A DNA stretch of 64,000 nt from the human T2T-CHM13v2.0 reference genome, Homo sapiens: assembly GCF_009914755.1 (NCBI RefSeq), contig NC_060926.1; one strand, 5' to 3'. Every line of letters starts with the position of its first letter. Positions within the stretch are counted from its first letter, which is position 1. Below the pieces are notes generated by a model. That model was not told the DNA's origin. It saw nothing but the letters and a program-made list of their open reading frames with translations, and made no database searches. A program made the translations under genes and the position numbers. Below, piece by piece: positions 27,791 to 43,425 of this stretch.

Positions 27791-29514
27791 TTAGGTCTTA
27801 ATTGCATTCTTATTTTGTTAAATGTTCTAATATATCAACATTTTCACAGGACAGTTGATGTCTTAAACATTTTGATGTTCCAAATTTATTACTTTCTGGA
27901 AGATTGGGGTGTAGATAAATTTCACAAATTTTTCCAAGATGGAGATTTTCTTTGATGGCGGTGGCTAACATTGTTAGTACTTTGCCACCATATATAGATT
28001 TTAAGTCATGTACTTGAATTGTTCTTTTTCTCATTTAATGTATTATAGAAATTAATGATTTGGAAAAGTTGCAGTTTGCTTAAACAAAGTGTCAGACAAT
28101 TGGTTAGTGGTAGATCCAGAGTTAATTTCTAATATCCTAACTGCCAAGTACTGCTCTACTTGAATCTAACTGAAAAATCTCTTTGCTTCTTCACTGAACA
28201 AGTAATTTCATTATTTCCTCTGTTTCTGGCTGCTTTGATTTTTTTTTAATAATTCAGGTATTTTTTCTGCTTTGTAATATCCCACGGACTTTAATACAGG
28301 TGTACAGCTATGAAAACAAAAGAAACAAGTTATATATGATACTTTGTACTTTGGGGTACTGGATATCAGAAGAAATCCTAATGTTTATGGCTGGTATCAA
28401 GATGAGGGATGTGGAGGTGGTCAGTGACTTCTTGACCTAGTTCAGAAGCAAGGCTGAGTTCCACCCATAATGCCCCTTTGTAGGTGCAGAAGTCATTGAG
28501 AGTCTGTGAGATGCAATCAAGAGAGTAGCTGAGCACAGAACGCCCAGGCCAGTGACTGGAGAGGAGCATGGAGCTCTGCCCACCCAATATCCTAGGTAGC
28601 TGAGTATTTCACCCTTACTAGAAGAGTGCCTTCTCTTTCATTACATCATAGGAAGCTGTAGTCAAAGTAGTTCTTTTAATATTAATCTTACTGGTGAGAT
28701 TTTTAAAAATTTCAAACTATTAATGGCAGATTTTTACAATAAAGGCAGTAGTGACAAAGATGAGTGTGATGTTTAACGCCGACAAAAAACATAAATAAGG
28801 TTATAAAAAACTGAGTTTCACAATCCATATTAACTAAGAATCTCAAGCATTAGTTGTTTCCTTCTCCATAAACACTTTAGAGTGATTATTCTGGCTTCTA
28901 ATTTTAAGGGGTTAATTCCAAGTTGTTTACTTTCTAATCACATGTTCAAGAACTATTAAAAAAAATGCACAGAGGAGCAAGGATAATTTATTTCAAGAGG
29001 TTGCCCTTTAAGTCAAGTATCTCTTGAATTTTTAAATAGCTTGATTGTTCGGTTTTAAAGGAAATCATAAACATTAAAGTAACACAGCTTGAACAGCCAA
29101 AGATATATTTGCCAAATGTATTATGAAATATAATTTAAGAGGTACATTTTCTCAAAATCAAACTCTTTCCATATTACTATACATAACTTACTTGAAATTA
29201 TTTATAAAGCTCCCCTTGATACAGTTCTAATAAAAGAGAGCAAATTACACTTGAAGATCATCTAAATACTTTTTGAAAGTGAATTTAAATCTCAATTTCA
29301 TAAACATAATACAGAGAAATTGATTTTTCTTTGAATGATAAATCTCTTTGTTTCTTGAAAGAAAAGATTTGGCACTAAAGATACGCAGGAAAAGTGATGC
29401 ATCTGCATGCTGTTTTAAAAGCAGCGTGAAGATGCAGAAGTGTCATCCTGTCAAAATTCATCAGGAAAAGCAACATTGGAAAGATCAAGTATGCAAAAAA
29501 TAGAAAAAATTTAG

Positions 29515-29772
<258 letters not shown>

Positions 29773-30691
29773 TGAAAAACTACAATTATTTTTATTTGCT
29801 ATTGCTTTCTGGTATCCATTAGATTTTTTATTTGTTTATTTTTGCTACTGTTACTTTGGATTTCCTAATTTTTAAGATTCTGTTGAAGTTTTTCAAAACT
29901 GAACTGTATAATATCCTAAGAAAAAAATGTGGATGCATACCTATACAGTCATATTAACACTTTTTCTTTTCACACATTTATATTGTTGAATCTTTTAATT
30001 TTCACATTTTAAGCTGCTAGAATCGGTAAAATATTTATAATAAAGTTTTCTTTGCAAAAAATGAAAATGCTCAATGAATCTGCATATCAAATGCCAAAAC
30101 TATGTAATGTGAAAACTTCACGTCCTTAACTCACATTTTTCTTGTTCAGAGCCATTAGACGTAGTCCAACTTTTACGACTTGAACTATTAAAATATTTAC
30201 AACTCTTAAAAGATTTCACGTCATTGTCATTTTTAACTACTGTGGTGTTTTCAAAGAAATGTGACCTTTCCTGAGTATTTTTTTATTTCTACTAGTTATA
30301 TTTCATCATACTATTTATATATTTCTAAAACTTATGTTGTTAGATATATTCTTACTGTTTATAAAAGAAGAATGCTATGTAAATTGGTTGTGGATTCTCG
30401 TAAGGGAAATGAATATAAATTACTTTGTTGGTTGTTCAAACTAATTTAAAATCATTGTAGTGTTTCTAAAATGGAATTGAAGAACAAAATTACCCCACAA
30501 TGAGCTTTATTGCATCTGTTGTGCTGTAGTTTACCTGCTTTATTTTTGTTTGACTTGAAATAATAGTTATAGGACTTGCTTATGTACAGTGTTGTGTATT
30601 ATTTTGGGGAAACAAATTTTAATGTAGTTTTACCTGTCTCAAAGCGCAGGTCTTCAAGATATTTACTAATAGGAATTTTATATTTTTGAAG

Positions 30692-30800
30692 GTAAAAGAA
30701 AGACTGCAAAAGCAGAAGCAATTGTTTATAAACATGGAAGTGGAAGAATAAAAGTAAATGGAATTGATTACCAGCTTTACTTCCCGATCACACAGGACAG
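30692..30800 (+). CDS. MRPS9: MRPS9 coding exon (109 nt) (G)[35 protein letters not shown](R)
   Basis: tttgaag|GTAAAA...GACAG|gttcgt; phase 1/2; GKRKTA...GSGRIKVNG is the start of the conserved uS9 domain. Confidence 0.96.
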
Positions 30801-32633
30801 GTTCGTTTTGGGTTCTGATTTTTTGTTTTTAAAGGAAACATACTTTATAATACATCATGATCATTTAAGAAGGCTTGTGATCTTCTAATTCTGTTTATCT
30901 GAATGATTATTTCTCTTTACCAATGTAACATATCAAACTAGCTAATTGAAGCTATTTTTTAAAGCAGCTTCCAGATTTTTTAAAAAGCATCTCTAGAATT
31001 CCTCATTAATTGACTCTTCTTCCCCTTTTCATCAGATCCTACTGCAGTTTGAGTAGTCTTAGATGTAGCTTATGTTCTGAAGTGCAGACTGTGCCAAAAT
31101 GTAAAAAATTTTGATTTAGATTTCCACCTTCTAGTTTGGGGATGGGCGTGCACAAAACAAAACCACCACCACAACAACCAGCCTTGGCACTTAAAACTGA
31201 CCTAACTCACAAGGCAAAGAAAAGTGCAAGTAATTTCTTGTGGCTTGTGTATGTTTTTCTGATCATAAATATTAGAAAAATTCTGCTTTATCATTTTGGA
31301 TTTTTTCCTATTCAGAGGAATGTGATTATATATATTGAGCAAGCAAAGAAACCTAGCATTTATGGGTTAAAATAAGAACTCATCAGGCTTTGCTTAGTTC
31401 TGGGTGCTAAATATGGCAGTTTTAATTTTTAAACTTTGTATCCTATGGAGAAATAGACATTAATCATAAATAGATACTACAGCTCTTCTAATCTAAATAT
31501 ACTCATCTCAGAACTCTCTCTGACTTGCTATATAAAGGCCTCTTCTTGATATGGTTATTATTTTCCCAGTACTTACTGTCATTATCCACGAGTAACAGAA
31601 GTTTGGTATGATTAGTTCCTCCTTTCCTAATCCTTCTCCTGTTTCCTGCATGTGTTACGGTATTTAAGGTCAAAAGGGCTAAAACTCTTTTGATACCAAT
31701 GCTGATATAGGCAAAAGAGGACCCTCCTAATACAGTGTAAGCTTCTGGACACAATAATTATTTTAGGAAATGTGTGTTTATTTTATTTGTGTGTGCCTGT
31801 GTCAACAAGCAGTGCATTCTTAACTCCATTTAAGATGAATTAGTTCTGCTATTATCCTCACAGGACAGGGGATGGAAGAAGCTTTTATTTCCCTTAGGAA
31901 AAGCCAGAGAGAAACCCATACCCCAGGGTTTGATAACTTCAACATTGGGAACTATAGGAGGACTGTTCTTTAACCAATAACCTGTCTGTTGATTTGTATT
32001 CAGACATAACTCCTGATGATTTAACAGCAAGTCTCAATTCTGGCTTGATCTCATAATGAAATTACATCTTTAGATCTTATTCTTTGGTTTGAATTCAGCA
32101 GCTTTTTACTAAGGACATCTATGTCTCCAGTCTTGTTCTGGGCATTGTGAAGATATCAGAGATATTTAAGATATGATTCCTATTGTCAAGAAACTTCCTA
32201 CATGGTTGGGAAGCCTAAGGCTAGTCTTGGTGGGAATGGGCACCTACAACTATTTTAAAGTAGTTGTAAGGATTTAGGGCAGCCACTTCAGGAACTTACA
32301 AATCAGCAGTGAGGTGACCATTGACTAATAGGAAGACTAACCAACCCAGAATCAGGGATCTTGATCAGAATTCTGTCATCACCTAACACACAGTGAAGTG
32401 GGTTAGCCACGTAAGTGAAGTTACAAGGGAGGCTTCTGGACAGCCATTTGTTTGGGAGCTTAAACACTTTCCTGGCTTAATTTTTAAAATTTTATGATTC
32501 TTTAACAAATGCTTATATAAATAAAAAGAGACTTCAATTAAAATCTAGAAAAATAGATTTCATAATGTAATTACTGGATATATAACTGAGTCATGGAGCC
32601 AGATGGTTGAGGTAAATGCAATAGTGGAATTAG

Positions 32634-33122
<489 letters not shown>

Positions 33123-34291
33123 TAAATTTTCTTTAGTTATCATAGTATATTAATAGATACTACTTATAATACTGTTTTTATAACTTATGGCTACTTTTTA
33201 TTTGGTTTCTTGGAAGCATTTGTTCAAAAAGACAGTATAGATTTATGAGTTTTTTGTTGTTGTAGGAGTTATGTCATCCCTACATCGTATTGTTATAAAT
33301 TCTGATTTGCTATGGCTTTTGAAAGTCATCTTTTGCCCATCTGCTTGTGATTATTTTACTAGTGTGGTATGAAGAATAGCACTTGAATGTCCTGTCCATA
33401 CCTGTCTCTCAGCTTAACTGTGTTATATAAACTTGATTTTGGGTCTAGAAGCTACAGCATCAAAGAAAGCAAACGCAATATAAGTGAGCTTTTCTGCATA
33501 AAAGTGTAGCAAGATATTAAGGCAAAATAGCAAAATCAAAGTGCTTGACAGAGGTAATGGTGAACATCTTACCTGGCGTGAAAATGATATTCAACAAATA
33601 CTTGTTCAGTTGAGCAGGAGAAAGTCCAGGGCCGTGTTTTGTCTGTGGTGCCTGCCCCAGGATCTTGTAGGCCCTGACCGACCCTGAAAGAGCAGGCCTG
33701 ACAGGGGTTGTGTAGAATGTCACCTGGCCCCAGGAAGGTAGCAGGACCCTATGATTTAGAGAACTTTAAGAATATTGGGAATAGGTGTTTGGTGTCAGGG
33801 AAGTGCAAGGTCGAAAATAGTTTTAGAAACTTTAAAAACTAACCATATCAAGATGAGCATTATACATTATACAGATACATTTATAGTAGACTTTATTTAG
33901 TGAATCCAAATGACATGTGATAATTGTTTGGAAAGGCCTATTGATTTTATATCTGATCATTCAATCCAGAGACATTAAATTCAGTTGATTAATGGAGTTC
34001 CCCAACTGTAAGACTTCTTTACGAGATTATTTTCAAGCTTTGAAAAGATCTTCTGAGATAAAGGGGATCAGCAAACAGTAAGAGTGTGTTGCTATACCCA
34101 AGCAAAAGAAATAAATCTTAATCTCTCAGCAAATCATTCAAAATGTCAGAAATGTTAGTGTTTCTATATCTTGGTAAAATGGATTGATTGAGAAGTATGA
34201 AAAGTATAACAGTGGCATGCAGAATATTGTTTTTATGAATATTCAGAATTTCAGTTGTTTACATAATTATGTATCTTTATAGTAAACGTAA

Positions 34292-34555
<264 letters not shown>

Positions 34556-34865
34556 TAGTGCCTGAAGTTCGTGAGAAAATACATAGTTACATATGTAATA
34601 TTTCACTTCGCTGTCTTCTTTCTTGCTACAGAACCATAACAGTATTTCTCAGATTTGATTTCTACAAGGTGAGCTTGAATTAGAAAAAGGGGAGAACTCC
34701 CCACACTGATTATTTGAGCCCTGCTAAAATGTTCAGTTCCAAGGTCAGGGAAAAGTTAATTTTGGCCTTAATGCATAACCTTTTATCCAGCTTAACAAAG
34801 TGCTTAGCTTAGTTATATTTAAGAGACAAATTGCTTGTTTTTGTTTTATCATAGAAATGTGTGGG

Positions 34866-35161
34866 TTTTTTGTTTTTGTTTTTTAAACAGTCTCTCTCTG
34901 TCAGCCAGGCTGGAGTGCAGTGGTATTATCATAGCTAGCTGCAGCCTTAAACTTCTGGGCTCGAGCAATCCTCCTGCCTCGGCCTCCCAGGTAGTTAGGA
35001 CTATGACATACACTCCCAAACCTGGATAATTTTTGTATATTTTGTAGAGACTGCATTTTGCTATGTTGCCCAGGCTGTTCTCGAACTCCTGGCCTCAAAC
35101 AATCCTGCCTTGGCCTCCCAAAGCACTGACATTACGTAGCATGAGCTACCACACCTGGCCT
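34866..35161 (-). mobile_element. AluJ-like element
   Basis: caggctggagtgcagtgg...ctgggctcgagcaatcctcc...cacacctggcc; tcatagaaat on both flanks. Confidence 0.9.
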
Positions 35162-36832
35162 GTCATAGAAATTTGTAATAATTGTTTGGTTAGTGATAAA
35201 GTTCTTTGGGTATTTTGTTTTTGTAAGTTATTGGAGGTTTCCATTTTTTCCCATTGTGGTGTTTGAATTTTCTTTTACCCTACTCTGTGTAACCCTGTTA
35301 CCTGGGCATGAATACAAGAGTCCCTGTGTAATGTGAAAAAGGATGGGCAGTTGATTCTTACCTTAGACTACTGCTTTAGAAGTTGGAATAAATTGGGGAA
35401 GTTTGAGCTGAAGACCATCTTCGCACTGTTGATGAGAAGAGGAAAGCACCATGTGTGCTATCGGCGGCTGCATGGTCGTGGGCAAGTCACTTAGCACCTA
35501 AGTCTATAAGCTCCTCCTCTGGGCAAGTAGGTTGGTCTCTGTGCACCAGACCTTCTAGTACAAGCCGCTGAGGTTCAATAAAAACACTACCTATGGCTTA
35601 GGCTACTTAATTGCTTAAGGCTCTTAAAAATCCATTTGCTTATAAGCAATTTGTCATCATATGGGATTCATATCTAGTCATTGAAGTAATTTGCTAGAAT
35701 CTTAACAATTTGATGAGTTTGAGCTACTGTGCATATCTGAAAGTAATAAAGCATTCTTACTTACAGTTGAAGCTAGAACTTAGGTCTTTTCTGTATTTTG
35801 TCAAATACTGCTGTTTTATTCCATGCATGTCCTTTAAGTACAAGCAAGTGTAAATGTTATGGGTATATCATAAACAAGGTTTTCCTTTGCTATATGTACA
35901 TTAAATGGTCCTTAATAAAATACCCAAGCCTTGTATACAGTAGGAGGAGTGCTAACGTTGGAAGAGTGAAAAAGACAAGGAAAAAGTATGGTCCATTTAC
36001 ATATTTATAAAAGCAATGTAAGAGCTTTCCCATCAGTGGTATTCTTGGAATCTATGGTCTTTACTAACTTACTATAGCTCCAGCCACTGCTGGGGCTCTT
36101 CCTTGTGGGCCATAGCTAAGAGTAACCCCAGCAGTTGCCTAGAAACATAATCACTCCTGATGATTGGGAGAATGAAAGTTTCCCATTTAAACTGACTTTA
36201 TTCTTCTAGAAGAAACTGCCTGTGCTGAGAATACAACTCTAAAACTTATTTTTTAGATTCTAAAACAAAAAAACAGGGAATATTATTATGGCATAAATTA
36301 AAATAATGAAAGTTTCCTTTTTTAAATGTTTGACAAGTCATATTTGTGTGTATATGCATATTCATGTAAACTGTTAATAGATGGTATCTAAGTACTTTCT
36401 CATACTTCACCTTTACAGTAAGTTTTTCTTCTCTGCCTCTTGTCTCCATTAAAACTCTGTCCTCTGCAATAGTAAGTGTGCAGGTTAAGTTCCCTTACAG
36501 TGAATAGTGACCGCCCACACAAGAGCAGCTTTATCTCACTTAGGTTGAGCAAGCTTAAAAACCAAAAGGGAGCCATGATTCTTATAATTTAAGGGAAGCA
36601 GGTTTAAATAATGTAACTTGTGTTTGTCTCAGAGGTTGGAAAAATATCCTGAAAGAGTGGAAGCAAACTGCCATCATGAGGTTGATACTGGGCTGGTAAA
36701 TTATTACTGGTCTGGTTGCTTTCCTCTAGTTTTTTTTCTCAGACAACAGTACCTATAAATTTATGAACCTGCTTTTCTTCTGGGCAGCATGCATATTAAT
36801 GGTTCCTAAAGGCTTCTCTTTTTATGCTGCAG

Positions 36833-36924
36833 CTGGACTACTTACTACTGATCCACGTGTGAGGGAACGGAAGAAGCCAGGCCAAGAGGGAGCCCGCAGA
36901 AAGTTTACGTGGAAGAAACGCTAA
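36833..36924 (+). CDS. MRPS9: MRPS9 last coding exon (A)[29 protein letters not shown]-stop
   Basis: gctgcag|CTGGAC...CGCTAA; conserved uS9 C-terminal tail (LLT.D.R..ERKK.G...AR......KR). Confidence 0.97.
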
Positions 36925-37092
36925 GGGTTTGCTCCCAGGAAAGGAGAGGAAGAGCTATATATATGTGCCGGCATGTGGCAGACACACAGTAAATAATGGC
37001 TGACCAGCATGAGGGCAGTACTGTCAGAAATTTCTTTGAGCTGTGAGATGGATTTATTTTTAAATGCTACTTTGTAAAGGTGACCTTTAAAA

Positions 37093-37109
37093 AATAAAAG
37101 GAAAATAAA
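37093..37109 (+). terminator. Tandem polyadenylation signals of MRPS9
   Basis: AATAAA at 37093-37098 and 37104-37109, ~170 nt after the stop codon, followed by a T-rich tract at ~37133-37151. Confidence 0.85.
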
Positions 37110-37619
37110 GAATGTTAGTTTCATTCTGCCGCTTTATTTTTTTAACTTTTTCAGAATATAGTTTTAAGAAGCATAATTCATAGAATCTGGCATATTAGAC
37201 CTGAAAGGAATATTCAGCAAAATATAGTCAAGTTACCTCATTTTGCAGACAAGAAGGCTTAGCCCCCCAGATTAAGCAACCAACCAGAGCCATACTGTTG
37301 GTACTTTCAATGCTAGAGCTAGACTCATTTCCCCTGATTCTGTTGCTTCCCCACTTGGCAATTGTCACCACGTATTTTTCAAAATGAGAAGTGAGAGTGC
37401 TTGCTCAGAAGAATGAAGTAACTTGAGTCGGTCAGGAGCTCAGCAGAGCCAGGGAGCTGAGCTGCCAGGTGTGGGAGGTGCTGGTATACACAACAGCCAA
37501 GTGAAAGGCACAGTCAAGCCTGTCTGTGCTCACTCGCTGCAGGAATACGAGCAAGGCTGCGGCAAAGAAGGCACCCCTGCCCCCTATTTTGGATCAGTTT
37601 TGTTTTGGGGGTATTTAAA

Positions 37620-38112
37620 AATCTTTTTATTGTGTATTTTTAAGGTATGCATCAGGATGTTTTGATATACATTTACAGAGTGAAGTGATTACTGCAGTCA
37701 AGCAAATCAGCGTAGCTCTCATATAGTTTCCCAGGTGTGGGTGTGTGGAAAGAGCATCTAAGGTCTCTTCTCATTTCCAGCATACAATACAGTATGATTC
37801 ACTGTTGTCCTCATGTTGTACGTTAGGTCTCTAGACTTACTCATCCTATGTAACTGCAGCTTCATACCTTTTGACCTGCATCTCACGTTCCTCCACCCCC
37901 TACCCCCAGTGATTACATTCTACTCTGTGCTTCTATACATTTGACTTTTAAGACCCCACAGCTAAGTGAGATCTTGCACTACTTATCTTTCTGTTCCTGG
38001 CTTACTTCATAGTATCCTCTAGGTTCATCCACGTTGTGGCAAATGGCAGGATCTCCTTTTTCAAGGTTGAATAATATTCCATTGTGTTTATATATGCCAC
38101 AGTTTCTTTATT
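37620..38112 (-). mobile_element. L1MA-like 3' end
   Basis: ctcatgttgtacgttaggtctctagacttactcatcc...ggcaggatctcctttttcaaggttgaataatattccattgtg. Confidence 0.85.
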
Positions 38113-38556
38113 GAAACAATTGTGGATTCCATTTTGGATCAGCACAGATATGGAGAAAAGTGGCTTCAAGCTTCCCTTCCCCAGGAAGTCTCAGCTGAGG
38201 AGCCTGAGGGAGGACTTGCATGAAAGGAACAGATCCCTCTGAATGAAGGCACCCAGCCAGGAGTGCACATAGCTCTGGAAGAGCACGGGCTGCGGGGAGG
38301 TGGGCTGAGTCCTTGACTGTGGCCCCCAGGACCTGTCATGCACTGGCTGTGCACAAGTCAGGTGTGGGGAGTGTAGCTTGCCCCCGTGAGGCCCACCAGG
38401 CAGTCTTTATGATTGACCATGGTTTGGCATGAAAGATCACACATAGGTGTTTGGCCAGGAGTGAGACTCTTCAGTCATAGCTAAGCGTTCAATTGAGTTT
38501 TGCTCTAGGATTTCTAAAGTACCTTAAAATGAAGAAACTTTGGCATTTTAACTCTA

Positions 38557-38933
<377 letters not shown>

Positions 38934-41149
38934 TCAATGCAGTTATTTTAAGTAAAAATATTGCTTCAAGAATTAGACCCTCAATGCTCAATTATCCTTT
39001 ATATAAAGAGTTGTATGCCACTGATTTCTTCATAAGTGTCTTTTTAAAATAATCTTGAATAAGTTCTGAGACATGTATATACACATCAAATCCTTTATGA
39101 GGTAAAATAAAATAACATGGTGATGAACAAGTGAGAGTGAGTACCCAGTACCCTGCGGTACCCAGTGCCCTTTTCATTTCAGATGAAACTGTAGAAAATA
39201 CTTTCTGGGGTTTTTTCTGTGTGGCGGTCATTCTCTAGTGAAATTGTCTGTGGCAGGTTTTGGTCGGTGGTGTTGATTTAGCCTGTATCTGTTGGAGTAT
39301 ACTTTTTACCATTTTGACAAGAGAGAAGTGACAAGTGGTTACCCCACGTGGCGTGGGTGTGCTGAGATGGGATGGCGGGCAGCCCTGCCGGCACGGATCG
39401 CCCGCTTGCTGAGCTCTTGCCATACCTGGTGTCCTGGGGCAGTGCAGAGCTGCCTGAAGTATATGCCATCTGGCCCTGCATCAGCTACTGTTGGTATCGT
39501 GGAGGAGACAAAGTCCTCAAGTCTAACGGGAGACCTGGAGTGCTGCTCGTACAGTGCCAGGAGGAGAGCTGAGGAAGGGGGCCCTGAGGACAGTAGCACT
39601 CTGAGGAGGAGGTGGTGGGGAAAAAAGAGGCCATGAAAGGAGAGGGTGGGAGTACAGATGGAGAAAATGGCGAGAAAGGAGGAAGGAAAGTTCAGGAAAT
39701 GTGCAGGGAGTGAAGCCAGGCGGGCCAGGGCATTGCTGGGGAGGGACGAGGTCCCTGCGGAAACCAGCTGGGAAGGAGGCTGAGGTGGATTTGTGGAGGG
39801 TCTGAAATTCATGGTGATGTTCCTGCACTGCCAAAGGGGAATCAGCCTTTTTTTCTCCTTTGAGAGAACAGATGAGGGTTGAAATTAGAACTGTGTTTTT
39901 AAACTATATTTTAGCAACCTTTAAAATATATGTATATATATATTAAGTAGAGTCATAGTGCATAATATAACAACAAAATCGGAGCCTTAACTCTCACCTT
40001 CTTCTGGGCCTCAGGAACCCCGAGCTCATGGGAAAAGTCTTGAGGATCTCCCCATCAGGAAGGTCACGGAGGGACTGCAGGAGCAGGGAGTTGCTAGAAG
40101 GAAGAGACCTGCCAGGCAGCTATTGTACATGGAGGGGATGGGACCCAGTGCAGGGAACAGAAAGGAAGTAGGTGTGAGAAACGTTGCCACTCTCACCTGG
40201 ACCAAGTGCGATAGCTGATTGGCTGCAGGAGAGCTGGGGGCGGGTATTCGGTATGAGATCCACAGGCTGCTGGGAATGCAAAGAGCCAGGAAGACAGGAA
40301 GAAAAGTTGATGGGAGGAGGAGGAGACACCAGAGGGGTCGGCTCGGGTTTCAGGTGTTCGGGGCCACCTCATATGAGATGCTTGAAATAATTGGACTGTG
40401 ACTCAGGCGACGGGTCAGCCTGCTGACAGATTTGGGAGGCTGCTGCGTGGAAGGGGAATTTGAAACGTGGGCTGGATCAGCACGGAGGATTGGGCAGGGA
40501 GAAGGCCAAGGCTCAAGTGGAGAAACAGCCATCAAGTTTAAAGTAGGAAGGAGGGAAGAGCCAGCAAAGGGGGTGGTGAGCGGTGATAGGAAGACAGCAA
40601 GCCAGGCACAGCAGTCAGGGACGTCAGTGATGACCAAGAAGCGGCCTCCAGGAGAGGCGAATGTTACAGGTGCCTTTCCCCGTGAGGTCTGGAAGAAATA
40701 CTGGCTTGTAACCTCGCAGGCCACTGTACCCCTTGAGTCTCAATTTCTTTGAGTCAAATTGGGGTCATTTTCTGCCCTACCAGCCCCATCTGCCCTTGTG
40801 TGACGATCAAGTAAGATAAGTGTAAAACCACCGGCCATCTGCTCCATTCCAGCTGTAACAGGAACTAGACTGTGGACAGTGTTGATGTGAGGCCTCCAGG
40901 GAAGAGGATTAAAGTATATCGGAGCTCTTGTTCCTTTGTTCAGGCTTGACACAGTCTCCTTTGTCACCAGGTTTGTTAACCACAGGAGCACTGAGCTTCT
41001 CAGACATCCCACACCTTTGTGGGAAATACCTGTTGGGAAGTATTTTTGACACACACTGTGTGCATACATTGGGAAGAGCTCTCTAGTGGCTATTTTTTTT
41101 TAATAGGCATTTGACAAGATTATTGCCTTAAGGCGACAGTGAGAGCTAA

Positions 41150-41360
41150 TGCTTCTGTAGCTCCTATTCTGTTCCAGATACTGTTCTAAATACAAGTAAC
41201 GCATTCGATCCTCTCAGCCAACCCTATGAGGTAGATATTGAGAAAATTAGTGCTCAGAGAGGTTCAATAACTTGCCCAAAGTCCTAGAGCTAGTGAGTGC
41301 CCAAGCCAGGTTGGAACCTAGAATCCCGGCTCCAGAGCCAGTGCTCTGAACCACTGTGGA
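41150..41360 (-). mobile_element. MIR
   Basis: accctatgaggtag...gctcagagaggttcaataacttgcccaaagtc...ctccagagcc. Confidence 0.75.
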
Positions 41361-43309
41361 AGAATACCAGGCGGGCTATGACGGCATGCAAGCCAGGCAC
41401 ACAGCCTGTGCTAAAACCGTCTGTGAAAGGAGAGAAGACTGCATTGGTACAGTCAGAAGACTTGATGGGAGAGGTGGATGTCAGCCAGATCCTAATGGAT
41501 GGGTGTTGATTAGTAAGCACTATACTATGCTCTCCAACCAAGCTAGAACCCTCATCTTATTCAGGAAGGCGATGTCATAACCACTCCATCAAGCTGGGAT
41601 CATTATGAGGACAGTCAGTGGGCCATACGATTGGAGGAAAGCATTCCGGGCAATGTGATGGGAAGAGCTATGAGAGCCCAGGGATGAAGTCAAGGTGACT
41701 GTGCCACCTGTTTGCCCAGTGTGGCCCCACCATCCCGCCATCCCAGTGTGACTACTAGATAGTTCCCCCTTTTACTCTCAAGTGTCCCAGTTTGAATGAC
41801 AAATCATGAGTTTGAGGAAGTCTGCCAAACATTGAAATCATTTGCAGAGTGTCACAGATGTGTGCGTTGTTTCTGGGCATAGGTCCCTTGTTCAGAACAT
41901 GCCCTAAGGGGGCCATCCCCATGGCGTAAGGAGTTTGGTTTTTGTTTTTTGTTTTTTTAAGGAAAATGAGCCTAGCCTTTGTGTGCAGCACAGAATCCAG
42001 TGGGGGAAGTGCAGCAGGTGTTGGTAGGAGGCTCCGGAGATAAGGCCTGTACCAGGTGGGAGGGGAAGGCGGGCCCCCAAGACTGCAGAGGTATTGGTGG
42101 TGATGTTTATCTGAAGCTGGGAGGTGGTTGCCTTAGTGTCCACTTTATTATACCTTCCAAATACGACTCACATGCTTATTATGCACTACTGTATCGTAAA
42201 AGTAGATGAAAAACCACCTGAAGAAGTATGTACATGGTCCAGAACACGGGCTCTGGAGTTCCTGTGTGACTTTGGACGAGTTGATCACCTTAAACCTCTA
42301 CTGCTCATTTGTGAAGGAGAGAGAATAGCAACACCTGTCCAAGGATTTCGAGGATTTGCAACAATCCACGTGAGCCACTTAGTCTATAGGAAGAGCTCTA
42401 TAAACATTGGTTATGATTCTCTTCCCCCCTCAGAAAATCCCTTCTTAACTTCTGTCATAGGGTTCAACAAGGGTGCACAGAGACCCAAGAGTGTGGAAGA
42501 GGAAGCCATAGAGTGATGGAATAAATAACTGGTTTCCTTGAAAATGAATGGCAAAGTCATCTGGTACATTTTCCCTCCTTTTTTTAGCACTAAGTTCATT
42601 GACCTGACTACTCAGAAAAAATTAAAACATGATGATATCAATGTTGGAGTGATTTGATGTTGTAGACCAGATGTTTTTATGCCAGTTAAAATACCTCAGC
42701 TAGTCTCCATTCAGGAAACCCCACAGACATTGAGTGTGTTCAGCCTCTCACAGAACCATCAGAACCATATTAGGTAGCTCCTGCTAAGAACTTATAAATA
42801 TTTATAAGAAAGGATCAGTATATTGTTTTTATAAATATTGAAGTTTAATAGAAAGGCTATAATGCATCCTCCAAAATTAAGAGGCAAGGAGTAATAATAA
42901 TAATCAGGCAAACAATTATTGCCACCTTTGCTCAATAACTTTGTAGGCTACAGAAGTGTAGCTTAAGGCTTTCTTCTTATTCTAAGTCTTCGGTTAAAAC
43001 ACTTTAAATGCAATAAACCCATTACTAAAAATTGAAAGTAATCTTTGAACACTAAGCTATAAAAATTACTGAAACTCAACTCAAAATCAAAATGAATACA
43101 AAAGCAAAATCTTACAATGAATTTTTCTGTCATTTCACAGAAAATACAGATTAATACTGAGGTATGAAATATTAAAATATATTTTAAAAATAATTCAAGT
43201 CATGTTACTGCATTACTTTTCCTTCAATACAGGCCATTAGCCTTTTAAACTAAATAATAAGATTAATGTCATAGCCAAGAAAACAATAGAATTAAGAATT
43301 ATATTAGAA

Positions 43310-43355
43310 TATGTAACAAACCTGCACGTTGTGCACATTACCCTAAAACTTAAAG

Positions 43356-43390
<35 letters not shown>
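43310..43390 (+). mobile_element. Extremely 5'-truncated L1PA 3' end with (TAA)n tail
   Basis: tatgtaacaaacctgcacgttgtgcacat-taccctaaaacttaaagtataataataa...; TSD-like aagaattatattagaa / aagaattagaattagaa. Confidence 0.9.
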
Positions 43391-43391
<1 letters not shown>

Positions 43392-43425
43392 GAATTAGAA
43401 TTAGAAGAGAATTAAAGATCATGAT

